From the IMG/VR virus record IMGVR_UViG_3300010938_000951, positions 124,001 through 188,000 of that record: DNA of 64,000 bases, one strand, 5' to 3'. This document shows positions 1 to 8,088 of this stretch, one piece after another. A program made the position numbers and the translations under genes. Below the pieces are notes generated by a model that did no database searches, was not told the DNA's origin, and worked only from the letters and a program-made list of their open reading frames with translations. The first letter of the stretch is position 1, and each line of letters opens with the position of its first letter.

Positions 1-348
1 ATTGCAACTACTGGTGGTATACTAGTAGTTATTGTAAATGGTGATGGGTTTCTTACTCGTAAGAAGGGTAAACCATTTATGCCACATGAAGAGCGCATGC
101 AAATTATTGATGCTTTGCGCGGTGTTGATTATGTGACAGGCTGGGATGATGGAAGCCAAACCGTGGTCGGAGCATTGGAGCTTTTAAGACCACATGTTTT
201 CACAAAAGGCGGAGATCGTTCATTAGCAAGTAATGTTCCAGAAGTTGGAATATGTGAAAAAATTGGATGCCGCATTGCTTATGGAATAGGTGGTACGGAT
301 AAAGTACAATCTAGTAGTGATTTAATTAAGAATTCTCTAAAACCATGA
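1..348 (+). CDS. Cytidylyltransferase-like protein (TagD/RfaE2 family), 5' partial
   Basis: Frame is open from base 1; motifs VIVNGDGFLTRKKGKPFMPHEER, ALRGVDYV, KGGDR, KVQSSS. Confidence 0.8.
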   Translation: MATTGGILVVIVNGDGFLTRKKGKPFMPHEERMQIIDALRGVDYVTGWDDGSQTVVGALELLRPHVFTKGGDRSLASNVPEVGICEKIGCRIAYGIGGTDKVQSSSDLIKNSLKP

Positions 349-806
349 ATCTAAAAAATTTACTGACCTTGACGATTCGTACTATGGATTTTAACCTGGT
401 AGCGCGTCAGCCAGAACTTTTAACTAAATTACGGAAATTAACACTTGATCCTTATTCTGGTTTGAATCATGAATTAGATCGAATGTTAGAAGATGTAAAA
501 ACTCGTTCAGTTAATTGTCAAGTAATTTTAGCTTATCGATTTAGTACATTAGTTGGTTGGGCCATTCTGTCTAAAGAAACTACCACCTATAATTTTATGC
601 GGTCTAATACTGGATTTAGTTCAGAACATGGTCTATTATTCCAGGTGTATGTAGATCCAACTTACCGGCGCCAGGGCATTGCAACTGAAATTTATAAAAA
701 AGCTCAACAGTTGGCAAATAATGAACTTTTGCATATTTGCCCTTGGGATGAAAGAAGTACAAAGTTCTACTTGAAGTTTGATAGTAACAATACTAAATGG
801 CTGTAA
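345..806 (+). CDS. GNAT family acetyltransferase
   Basis: Motif A VYVDPTYRRQGIAT. Confidence 0.75.
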   Translation: MNLKNLLTLTIRTMDFNLVARQPELLTKLRKLTLDPYSGLNHELDRMLEDVKTRSVNCQVILAYRFSTLVGWAILSKETTTYNFMRSNTGFSSEHGLLFQVYVDPTYRRQGIATEIYKKAQQLANNELLHICPWDERSTKFYLKFDSNNTKWL

Positions 807-838
807 AACCTAGCAATAATGGGTTATATACAGTACAT

Positions 839-922
839 GCTACCATGGTGGAATGGCAGACACGCTGGTCTTAGAAGCCAGTGCCGCGAGGCGTGGGGGT
901 TCGAGTCCCTCTGGTAGCACCA
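839..922 (+). tRNA. tRNA-Leu(UAG), long variable arm
   Basis: GCTACCA/TGGTAGC acceptor stem, CTGGT-ctTAGaa-GCCAG, TTCGAGT, encoded CCA. Confidence 0.95.
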
Positions 923-1099
923 ATGAGAAGGGAATGTGAAAGTTGTCCTGATCATCAGTCCGACTCTCATCCAAACAAAAATAGTTTGAGATGTTCGTGT
1001 GGGCGCTGGTTAGTTCCAATGGGTATAGCAGGTATTACAGGCTTATACTACGTGTGCCCTAAAGAACAGGAACTAACACAGAATTTTATGCTTTTGTGA
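923..1099 (+). CDS. Small Cys-rich hypothetical protein (possible Zn binding)
   Basis: ATG right after the tRNA; CxxC, CxC and C motifs; overlaps the next tRNA by 10 nt. Confidence 0.4.
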   Translation: MRRECESCPDHQSDSHPNKNSLRCSCGRWLVPMGIAGITGLYYVCPKEQELTQNFMLL

Positions 1100-1166
1100 C
1101 GGAATTGGCATACGTACTACACTCAGAATGTAGGTTGTGAGGGTTCGAATCCCTCCAAAAGCACCA
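1090..1166 (+). tRNA. tRNA-Leu(CAG), short variable loop
   Basis: GCTTTTG/CAAAAGC, CTACA-ctCAGaa-TGTAG, 5-nt variable loop, CCA. Confidence 0.9.
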
Positions 1167-1168
1167 AT

Positions 1169-1242
1169 GCTCAGGTGAATGTAATTGGTAAACATACCAG
1201 GCTTAGACCCTGGGTTTGTGGGTTCGAATCCCACCCTGAGCA
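1169..1242 (+). tRNA. tRNA-Leu(UAG), short variable loop, no encoded CCA
   Basis: GCTCAGG/CCTGAGC, CCAGG-ctTAGac-CCTGG, 4-nt variable loop. Confidence 0.85.
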
Positions 1243-1250
1243 CAAATAAT

Positions 1251-1334
1251 GTCACCGTGGTGGAATGGCAGACACGCTAGCTTGAGGTGCTAGTGCCGAA
1301 AGGCGTGAGGGTTCGAGTCCCTCCGGTGACACCA
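1251..1334 (+). tRNA. tRNA-Leu(GAG)
   Basis: GTCACCG/CGGTGAC, CTAGC-ttGAGgt-GCTAG, long arm, CCA. Confidence 0.95.
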
Positions 1335-1336
1335 AA

Positions 1337-1969
1337 ATGGGTAAGTATATTCCTATTCATAAACGCTCAATTCATGAGCAAATTTGTCATCAAGAAGATT
1401 TAGCTGTCTTTAGAGCAATAAGACAAGCATTACCACCTAAGGAAGCGTTGATTATGGAATTAAGTTTGCATCAATGTGTGTTCGGCCCGGTACTGATTGG
1501 ATCAGATGATGTAGGTCGTTTGGTCTCTGTAGAGTTTGGATCCGATATGGATGAGTGTTATCGCAACTTCATCAATACATGGGGGCGAAAAAGCAATGAC
1601 TATAACGATTCTGTATCAGTCACGCCTCGTAAGAATTTTCAAATTGTAGATAAGGTTCTTAATTCAATTAATACTGGAATTATTGATCCATCGATTGAGC
1701 TTAACCTATTTGGCACGGGAACTTATTTTCAACGTCAAGTGTGGGAAGGAATTAGAAAGATTCCGCCTGGTGAGGTTATGTCTTACCAACAATTAGCGCA
1801 AGCCATTAATCGCCCTAATTCTACTCGTGCTATTGGTAATGCTTGCGGTACTAATCCAATTGGTATTTTTATACCTTGCCATCGAGTTGTTAGAATTGAT
1901 GGAAAACTTTCTGGCTTCAAATGGGGCAGTGATCTCAAGCAAAAGCTTCTAGATAGAGAACAAATCTAA
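1337..1969 (+). CDS. ogt: Methylated-DNA--protein-cysteine methyltransferase
   Basis: GTYFQRQVW, IPPGEVMSY, RAIGNACGTNP and active-site IPCHRVV. Confidence 0.9.
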   Translation: MGKYIPIHKRSIHEQICHQEDLAVFRAIRQALPPKEALIMELSLHQCVFGPVLIGSDDVGRLVSVEFGSDMDECYRNFINTWGRKSNDYNDSVSVTPRKNFQIVDKVLNSINTGIIDPSIELNLFGTGTYFQRQVWEGIRKIPPGEVMSYQQLAQAINRPNSTRAIGNACGTNPIGIFIPCHRVVRIDGKLSGFKWGSDLKQKLLDREQI

Positions 1970-2383
1970 TTAGCTATATTTGTCAAGCAAAGCATCGCTG
2001 ACTTCAACAAATGCTTTTTTCTTACCATCTTTGCCGGGCTTCTTAGCCTTTTCAGATACTTCAATAGAAGGATACTTGGCTTTAACTTTACGAGCCACCA
2101 AATTAACTAGAGATTGTAGTGAGCCACTGTACCAGTCTGGCGCAGAAGAATATTGATTAACACGAGCTAATGCATTACGGGCCTGAGCTTCGTTATTGAT
2201 TGGAAAGTGATCTTTCTTGTCCTTGGCGCTTTCGGCAGGCACACATACCGTTCCTCTATTGCGAACCTTAGCTTTAGGATCAAGTTTCTTATCCTTTTTC
2301 TTAGCTTCGGCAACTAAAGAGTCTGTTGCTGATTTTTCAAATTCGACAGCTTGCAATAAAACTTGTTCTACGTTATTTGGCAT
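1970..2383 (-). CDS. Lys-rich hypothetical protein with HFPINNEAQARNALARV motif (possibly virion-associated)
   Basis: ORF track; purine-rich SD before ATG 2383; motif resembles the phage YPIxDxxHARNAL family. Confidence 0.6.
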   Translation of the reverse strand: MPNNVEQVLLQAVEFEKSATDSLVAEAKKKDKKLDPKAKVRNRGTVCVPAESAKDKKDHFPINNEAQARNALARVNQYSSAPDWYSGSLQSLVNLVARKVKAKYPSIEVSEKAKKPGKDGKKKAFVEVSDALLDKYS

Positions 2384-3173
2384 GGCCTTTTCCCTTTCCC
2401 TGTTTATCATGACGGCGTTTGGTTCTGCTAGGAGAATTAAGTTTTAATTCTTTTTTCCATTCAGGATATGAGCGGCCAAACACGGCTCTATCTTCGCTTT
2501 GATCGCGAATAATTACATAACCACCATCGGTCATGGTAAATGGCTTAGAAAGTTTTCCTAGCCAATCAAATTTGGCACCAGCAGGTGGGGCAGGGTCAAA
2601 CCAAGCTGGAAGTGCAAAATTGGAAACTTTAACTGGAGTTCCATCAACATCTACATCGTAATAGTCACTTTCAACTGGATCAGCTACCTCTAAAGCATAG
2701 CTCAAACCTTCATTCCAGTTATCGGCCCAATAGTTCGCTTGAGGATCCATCATAATCTCAAGAACCTCATGGGACAGCACAGTAGAAACGGGTAAATTGT
2801 ATTTTTGTGTTATCTTAACAAAAACACGACCATATGGTAATCCATCTGGGCCGTCTGAATGATAGCCTAGAGCGCCAGCAATATCGGCATCATCAAAGAT
2901 TAGAACTTTGAAGGCTCCTGGTTCGGTAGCGGCTTCTGAATCTCTATAAACTACTTTAGGTGGTTTTAAATCCCAAGTTGGAGCGGCATGCTCACGAGCC
3001 TGCCTAGCAACACCACGAGTCATCAATTCAACCTCAGCATTTGAGAGAATTGAAGATTTATTGATGACAGCAATGAGCATATTACCATCTTCTCCAAGAT
3101 TTACAGGAGGTGTTGGAGTAATTTCATTGCTGGAGGATCCGGTGAGCCAATTCCAAAATTTTTTAAAACACAT
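2373..3173 (-). CDS. Putative zinc metallopeptidase (HExxE type)
   Basis: LSHEVLEIMMDP followed by EVADPVE; also ALGYH. Confidence 0.6.
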   Translation of the reverse strand: MCFKKFWNWLTGSSSNEITPTPPVNLGEDGNMLIAVINKSSILSNAEVELMTRGVARQAREHAAPTWDLKPPKVVYRDSEAATEPGAFKVLIFDDADIAGALGYHSDGPDGLPYGRVFVKITQKYNLPVSTVLSHEVLEIMMDPQANYWADNWNEGLSYALEVADPVESDYYDVDVDGTPVKVSNFALPAWFDPAPPAGAKFDWLGKLSKPFTMTDGGYVIIRDQSEDRAVFGRSYPEWKKELKLNSPSRTKRRHDKQGKGKGHAK

Positions 3174-3205
3174 AGCGCTATCCTAAATTTTTATATTTGT
3201 TGCGG

Positions 3206-3233
3206 TTGACAAAGGTTCGTTAGAGGTTATATT
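3206..3233 (+). promoter_or_regulatory. sigma70-type promoter
   Basis: TTGACA-N16-TATATT upstream of the His/Glu tRNA cluster. Confidence 0.7.
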
Positions 3234-3273
3234 TGTGATATACTAATAATTAGGCAATAATATTGCTACGTAT

Positions 3274-3350
3274 GGTGGACGTTTACATCTGGTGATGTTG
3301 GAAGGTTGTGACCCTTTCTAGGCTCGGTTCGAATCCGGCCGTTCACCCCA
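3274..3350 (+). tRNA. tRNA-His(GUG) with encoded G-1
   Basis: G-GTGGACG/CGTTCAC-C-CCA; GAAGG-ttGTGac-CCTTT. Confidence 0.85.
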
Positions 3351-3354
3351 ATAT

Positions 3355-3431
3355 GGTGAGTGTACCCGAGTGGTTTCAGGGGACTGGCTGTGACCCAGTT
3401 TACGCGGGTTCAATTCCCGTCACTCACCCCA
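3355..3431 (+). tRNA. tRNA-His(GUG) with encoded G-1, second copy
   Basis: G-GTGAGTG/CACTCAC-C-CCA; ACTGG-ctGTGac-CCAGT. Confidence 0.9.
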
Positions 3432-3435
3432 TAAT

Positions 3436-3511
3436 GGTCCCATCATCTAATGGTTCAGGATGAGAGATTTTCACTCTCTTCATAGGGGTTCGAATCCCCT
3501 TGGGATCACCA
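3436..3511 (+). tRNA. tRNA-Glu(UUC)
   Basis: GGTCCCA/TGGGATC, AGAGA-ttTTCac-TCTCT, CCA. Confidence 0.9.
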
Positions 3512-3527
3512 ATCTTTACATAGAAAG

Positions 3528-3710
3528 TTGATTGTGAGATATTTATTTGTATTACTTTTAAGTGGATGCATTTTCAATCATCCACAATACTGTCATACTA
3601 ATGGTGATTGTTTAATGGGACAATATTGTCCGACAGTGAGAGATCCCTCTCAACCTCCTGATATTTGTAAAGGTAAGGCGATTATTAACCATAATATTTT
3701 AGCTGACTAA
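3528..3710 (+). CDS. Small Cys-rich lipoprotein
   Basis: Lipobox LLLSGC; CxxxxDCxxGxYC motif. Confidence 0.55.
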   Translation: MIVRYLFVLLLSGCIFNHPQYCHTNGDCLMGQYCPTVRDPSQPPDICKGKAIINHNILAD

Positions 3711-3741
3711 CTGCCAATATTGTGATATAATAGAAGTAAAT

Positions 3742-3817
3742 GGCCCATTCGTCTAATGGTTTAGGACGGCAGCCTCTCACGTTGCTAATACGGGTTCGAA
3801 TCCCGTATGGGTCGCCA
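3742..3817 (+). tRNA. tRNA-Glu(CUC)
   Basis: GGCCCAT/ATGGGTC, GCAGC-ctCTCac-GTTGC, CCA. Confidence 0.95.
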
Positions 3818-3821
3818 TAAT

Positions 3822-3897
3822 GCCCCAGTAGTCTAATGGAAAGGCAGCGGTCTTCTAAGCCGTATACATGTTGGTTCGAGTCCAATCTGGGGTGCCA
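3822..3897 (+). tRNA. tRNA-Arg(UCU)
   Basis: GCCCCAG/CTGGGGT, GCGGT-ctTCTaa-GCCGT, CCA. Confidence 0.9.
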
Positions 3898-3910
3898 AGT
3901 AAGTAGTTAT

Positions 3911-3986
3911 GCGTCTGTAATTCAATGGATAGAAATTCTGCCTTCTAAGCAGAAAGTTGGGGGTTCGAGTCCCTCCAGACGTGCCA
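3911..3986 (+). tRNA. tRNA-Arg(UCU), second copy
   Basis: GCGTCTG/CAGACGT, TCTGC-ctTCTaa-GCAGA, CCA. Confidence 0.95.
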
Positions 3987-3989
3987 AAT

Positions 3990-4073
3990 GTCACTGTAAC
4001 CTAATGGAGAGGTATCGGTCTACGAAACCGAAGCGCAAGCTAAATGCAGGTTCGAATCCTGCCAGTGACGCCA
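3990..4073 (+). tRNA. tRNA-Arg(ACG) with atypical long variable arm
   Basis: GTCACTG/CAGTGAC, TCGGT-ctACGaa-ACCGA, 14-nt variable region AGC-GCAA-GCT-AAAT, CCA. Confidence 0.85.
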
Positions 4074-4079
4074 AATAAT

Positions 4080-4156
4080 CTGCCTGTAGCTCAACTGGAT
4101 AGAGCATCAGTCTACGAAACTGAAGGTTGTCGGTTCGACTCCGACCAGGCAGGCCA
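4080..4156 (+). tRNA. tRNA-Arg(ACG)
   Basis: CTGCCTG/CAGGCAG, TCAGT-ctACGaa-ACTGA, CCA. Confidence 0.95.
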
Positions 4157-4168
4157 AAGAGGTAAGTT

Positions 4169-4300
4169 ATGGAAGATCGTCATGCAAGACAAATTGCCGA
4201 AGCAATTAAATCAGCAGGTAGTATGATTGCGTTTGCAATTTGGATGGGTGCCGTATGGGTTGGTTGTACAATGCAGATGGCCTCTTCTATGCACCACTAA
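4169..4300 (+). CDS. Small membrane protein (43 aa, not in the ORF track)
   Basis: GAGGT SD; MEDRHARQIAEAIKSAGSMIAFAIWMGAVWVGCTMQMASSMHH has one hydrophobic segment. Confidence 0.6.
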   Translation: MEDRHARQIAEAIKSAGSMIAFAIWMGAVWVGCTMQMASSMHH

Positions 4301-4307
4301 AATTTAT

Positions 4308-4382
4308 GTCCCTATAGTGAAAAGGATATCACGATTGTCTTCGAAACAATCAGTACAGGTTCGAGTCCTGTTGGGGATACCA
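4308..4382 (+). tRNA. tRNA-Arg(UCG)
   Basis: GTCCCTA/TGGGGAT, ATTGT-ctTCGaa-ACAAT, CCA. Confidence 0.9.
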
Positions 4383-4384
4383 GA

Positions 4385-4412
4385 GGCGCTGAAAAGCGCC
4401 ATTTTTGTTTTT
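4385..4412 (+). terminator. Intrinsic terminator
   Basis: GGCGCT-gaaa-AGCGCC followed by a T tract. Confidence 0.75.
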
Positions 4413-4422
4413 GGAGTATGAA

Positions 4423-4827
4423 ATGGAACCACATGATATTTGCGAAGGTTGTAGTAAACATATTGCTTTCTGCATGTGCTGTGTTTCTATTGGTCCAGAA
4501 GGCGCAACTCGTTCTAGACCTAATCCAACAAATCTAGCCGGCAAACTTCGTATTATTGCTGGTAATTCAAAAATGGAACACATTAAAATTCAAACCCAAC
4601 GCCTAGCAGACCAAATCGTTTGGCGGGCCACCCAAGCCGCCAAACAAGGAAACTTTTCAATTAGTTTATGGTTAAATGATTTAGGTATCACAAAAGAAGC
4701 TGCTGAATTAGTAGCAAAAGAATTAGAGCAAGATGGCTTCAAATGCACTATCAGCAACGAAATCACAGCCCATTATTCCAATACGGATTATGATACTGAT
4801 GATCTTTTGTTAATAAGTTGGGAATAA
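4423..4827 (+). CDS. Hypothetical protein (N-terminal Cys cluster)
   Basis: GGAG SD; ORF track. Confidence 0.5.
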   Translation: MEPHDICEGCSKHIAFCMCCVSIGPEGATRSRPNPTNLAGKLRIIAGNSKMEHIKIQTQRLADQIVWRATQAAKQGNFSISLWLNDLGITKEAAELVAKELEQDGFKCTISNEITAHYSNTDYDTDDLLLISWE

Positions 4828-4832
4828 TAAAA

Positions 4833-5792
4833 ATGAGAATTCTGTCGGGTATACAACCGTCAGGAACAATTCACATCGGTAATTATTTTGGAATGATCAA
4901 GCCTTTAGTTGATCTTCAAGATAAAGGGCATGTGTATGGTTTCCTCGCGGATTATCATTCAATGACATCATTGTTTGATGCAAAAGAGCGCAAAGCAAAT
5001 TCAATTGAAGCTGCCACCATATTATTAGCTTGTGGCGTAGATGATAGGACTATCTTGTTTAGACAATCAGATATTCCTATTGTAACAGAACTAGCTTGGA
5101 TTTTGTCTACAGTAACTCCAATGGGCCTTTTAGAGAGGTGTCATAGTTATAAAGACAAAACAGCTAAGGGCATTCCAACTAATCATGGTTTGTTTGCTTA
5201 TCCGGTTCTGATGGCGGCCGATATACTACTGTATCAGTCCAATTTGGTACCAGTAGGCAAAGATCAGCTTCAACATTTGGAAGTAACAAGAGATATTGCC
5301 ATTAAATTCAATGCTACGTATGGAGAGGTGTTTACACTTCCTGAGCCATATGTTCAAGAGGCAGTAGCAACTGTGCCCGGAATTGATGGGCAGAAGATGT
5401 CCAAAAGTCATGGTAACACTATCGAAATTTTTGGGGATGAAAAATCTCTAAAGAAGAAAGTAATGTCTATTGTGATGGATAGTCGTCCAATTTCTGTTCA
5501 AAAGCCAGATGCAGACAAAAATATTGCAATTCAACTTTTAAAGCTTGTAGCGACTGCTGATATTGCAAATGAAGTTGAAATGGAAGTACGAGATGGTTAT
5601 CTTGGTTATGGTCATTTGAAAAACATTTTGTTTGAGCAATATTATAGCTATTTCGAAAAGCCTCGTACCCTATATGCTGATTTAAAAAAGAATCCAGATT
5701 ATGTGGAAGGGGTTTTAAGGAATGGAGCATATTTTGCACGTCAAGAAGCTGAAATAACCATGGAAAAGGTTAGAAAGGCAATTGGACTATGA
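4833..5792 (+). CDS. trpS: Tryptophanyl-tRNA synthetase
   Basis: SGIQPSG, HIGN, YPVLMAADIL, VPVGKDQ, KMSKS. Confidence 0.97.
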   Translation: MRILSGIQPSGTIHIGNYFGMIKPLVDLQDKGHVYGFLADYHSMTSLFDAKERKANSIEAATILLACGVDDRTILFRQSDIPIVTELAWILSTVTPMGLLERCHSYKDKTAKGIPTNHGLFAYPVLMAADILLYQSNLVPVGKDQLQHLEVTRDIAIKFNATYGEVFTLPEPYVQEAVATVPGIDGQKMSKSHGNTIEIFGDEKSLKKKVMSIVMDSRPISVQKPDADKNIAIQLLKLVATADIANEVEMEVRDGYLGYGHLKNILFEQYYSYFEKPRTLYADLKKNPDYVEGVLRNGAYFARQEAEITMEKVRKAIGL

Positions 5793-6100
5793 CTAATAAA
5801 GAAAAGCTTGCTAAGCTTAAAAAGCATATTGGACTTAGGGGTTATGCAGCTTTACGTCGTGGTTCCGTGCTACATGTATGGCGTAGAAGTTCCCCTCACA
5901 ATTGGTGGATAGAAAATAAAAAGGGTGATATGCTATGGCACTCAGATGGCTGGGGCGATCACCCAGATTTAGAGATGTTTTTAGTTCGTTCTCATTCGGG
6001 AAATAAGATTGAATATCATCCTATTCATAATGATGGGTTTAAGCCAGAATCTTCTGAATATGTTCTTAAACCAGAATTCTTAGTGAAAAAATCCAAATGA
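5789..6100 (+). CDS. Hypothetical protein
   Basis: ATGA-coupled ORF. Confidence 0.65.
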   Translation: MTNKEKLAKLKKHIGLRGYAALRRGSVLHVWRRSSPHNWWIENKKGDMLWHSDGWGDHPDLEMFLVRSHSGNKIEYHPIHNDGFKPESSEYVLKPEFLVKKSK

Positions 6101-6363
6101 GTAAACGAAAACCACTTCTTAAAAACAATAAGTGGGCTTGGATCCTTCATTTTCCAGGTGGCCAAGAGTCAAATGATTCGGCCACTGAATCGGAAACTAA
6201 AAAATTCAAGTCACCAGAAGCCGCATGTCAATATTTGATTGATATTTATCCTGACGATGAAATGATTCTTGCATTGTCAGAAAAGCGCTTTAAAGATGTT
6301 GTTCAAAAGTATAATGATGAAGTTGAAGATGTCTCGTTAAAAAGAATTCGATATGACAGATAA
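6097..6363 (+). CDS. Hypothetical protein
   Basis: ATGA-coupled ORF. Confidence 0.65.
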   Translation: MSKRKPLLKNNKWAWILHFPGGQESNDSATESETKKFKSPEAACQYLIDIYPDDEMILALSEKRFKDVVQKYNDEVEDVSLKRIRYDR

Positions 6364-6664
6364 AAAACCAAAAGTGGTTCACTGTAAAAAAGAGCCTTAT
6401 GATGTCTACATTGGCAGACCATCAAAATGGGGAAACCCATATACTCATTTAGAAAATACTGCCGCACCGTATGTAGTTGATAGTCGTGAGGATGCAGTTA
6501 GGTTGTATGAAGAATGGATACGTTCACAACCAGAGTTAATGGCGGCCGTTAAAAGGGAACTCAAAGGTAAAGTTTTGGGTTGCTGGTGTGCGCCATTAGC
6601 CTGTCATGGTGATGTATTGCTAAAAATAGCCAATGAAGAAGATTTGGATAATCCCTCTAATTGA
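6353..6664 (+). CDS. DUF4326-family protein
   Basis: VVHCKK, DVYIGRPSKWGNP, LGCWCAPLACHGDVL. Confidence 0.85.
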   Translation: MTDKKPKVVHCKKEPYDVYIGRPSKWGNPYTHLENTAAPYVVDSREDAVRLYEEWIRSQPELMAAVKRELKGKVLGCWCAPLACHGDVLLKIANEEDLDNPSN

Positions 6665-6894
6665 TTTAGTTAACCTACAACAAGCCGAATGGTGAGTAGA
6701 TTAAAACGTCAATTAGGGCTGTGGTAGGAGGAGATCGTACCTCCTTTGACGAGGTGAATTGACACCAGAATGATCGTACTCGAATCGTTCGTGCCCAGAC
6801 CCAGACGAACTATATAGTTCCTTTTGCACCTGTGGAAACGTGAACCAAAGCCGGGGAGCAAGCCGGCATTATCCAAAGTTTAAAGAGAAAGCCC

Positions 6895-8088
6895 ATGAAA
6901 GTATTTGAAGATTTAGAACAGCGCGGTTTGGTTAAACAAACAACTAACGCAGAAAAATTGCGTGAAATTCTTAATTCAGATACTCCAGTCACGTTTTACA
7001 TTGGATTTGATCCAACTGCGGATAGTTTGCATGTAGGACACTTGCTTCAAGTAGTAACTGCTAAGCGTTTAGCAGATGCAGGTCATAGACCCATCATGTT
7101 AGTTGGTGGCGCGACCGCCCTAATTGGTGATCCAACTGGCAAGTCAGAAATGCGAAAAATGCTATCTCATTCTGAAATTAGGGCGAATGGCGAAGCTATT
7201 GGAGAGCAAATTCAAAAGATAATGGGAAGAGAAGTTGAGCTAGTCAACAACCTTACCTGGTTTGATGATGCTGATTTCCTTTCTCTTTTGCGTACCATTG
7301 GTCCATTCTTTTCTGTTAACAACATGTTACGTGCAGAATGTTTCAAGAGTAGAATGGAGCATGGACTTTCATTCTTGGAGTTTAACTACATGATTATGCA
7401 AGCTCAGGACTTCCGAATTCTTCATTTGGAAGAAGATTGCATCTTGCAAATTGGTGGTGACGATCAGTGGTCTAATATCTTGGCCGGAATTGATTTGATT
7501 CATAAGAAACATGGGCACGAAGTATTTGGCCTTACACTTCCTTTGTTAGTCAATTCAGATGGTACTAAGATGGGTAAAACAGAAAGGGGAGCTGTTTGGC
7601 TAGATGCAAACAAAACTTCTCCTTTTGAATTTTTCCAATTCTGGAGAAATATTCCAGATGATCAAGTAGACAAATGTTTCCTATTCTTTACTGATTGGAT
7701 ATCTGGTCCAGTTGATATCAATCAGAGAAAAAAGATTTTAGCATTTGAAATTACGAAATTGGTTCATGGCGAATCAATAGCACGACAAGCGCTCGAACAG
7801 GCAGAAGCCTTGTTCGAGAAACGAGATACTTCTAGTATTGAGGCGGTTTCTATTAAAGAAGGCACACATATTCTTGATTTACTTATGGTGTGTGGTTTTG
7901 CAAAATCCAGAACGGATGGTAGAAATCTAATTGGTAATAGGGGCATTTCGATAAACCAAGAGGTTCTAACTGACCCTACGATTATCATTTCCAGAAATCA
8001 GTTTGGAAATGAGTTGATTATAAGGAAAGGGAAGAAGGGCTTCTGTCGCTTGCTTATTGAGGATAAATGCCTAGACCAAATACCGTAA
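6895..8088 (+). CDS. tyrS: Tyrosyl-tRNA synthetase
   Basis: YIGFDPTADSLHVGH, GDPTGK, QIGGDDQWSNI, KMGKT, C-terminal S4-like domain. Confidence 0.97.
   Translation: MKVFEDLEQRGLVKQTTNAEKLREILNSDTPVTFYIGFDPTADSLHVGHLLQVVTAKRLADAGHRPIMLVGGATALIGDPTGKSEMRKMLSHSEIRANGEAIGEQIQKIMGREVELVNNLTWFDDADFLSLLRTIGPFFSVNNMLRAECFKSRMEHGLSFLEFNYMIMQAQDFRILHLEEDCILQIGGDDQWSNILAGIDLIHKKHGHEVFGLTLPLLVNSDGTKMGKTERGAVWLDANKTSPFEFFQFWRNIPDDQVDKCFLFFTDWISGPVDINQRKKILAFEITKLVHGESIARQALEQAEALFEKRDTSSIEAVSIKEGTHILDLLMVCGFAKSRTDGRNLIGNRGISINQEVLTDPTIIISRNQFGNELIIRKGKKGFCRLLIEDKCLDQIP

Noticed and set aside
839-1242. tRNAs with TAG in the anticodon as amber suppressors
   Set aside because: Anticodon 5'-UAG-3' reads CUA (Leu); suppressors need CUA, found only at 52544 and 52628.
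881-4421. ORF-track entries overlapping tRNAs (881 start, 1073, 3685, 3836, 4044, 4227, 4350)
   Set aside because: They run through tRNA cloverleaves and are shadows of RNA genes.
6708-6890. T-box or ZTP riboswitch upstream of tyrS
   Set aside because: AATTAGGGCTGTGG only partly resembles the T-box (no GGTGGNACC). CCGGGGAGC lacks the GACUGGCG partner of ZTP.
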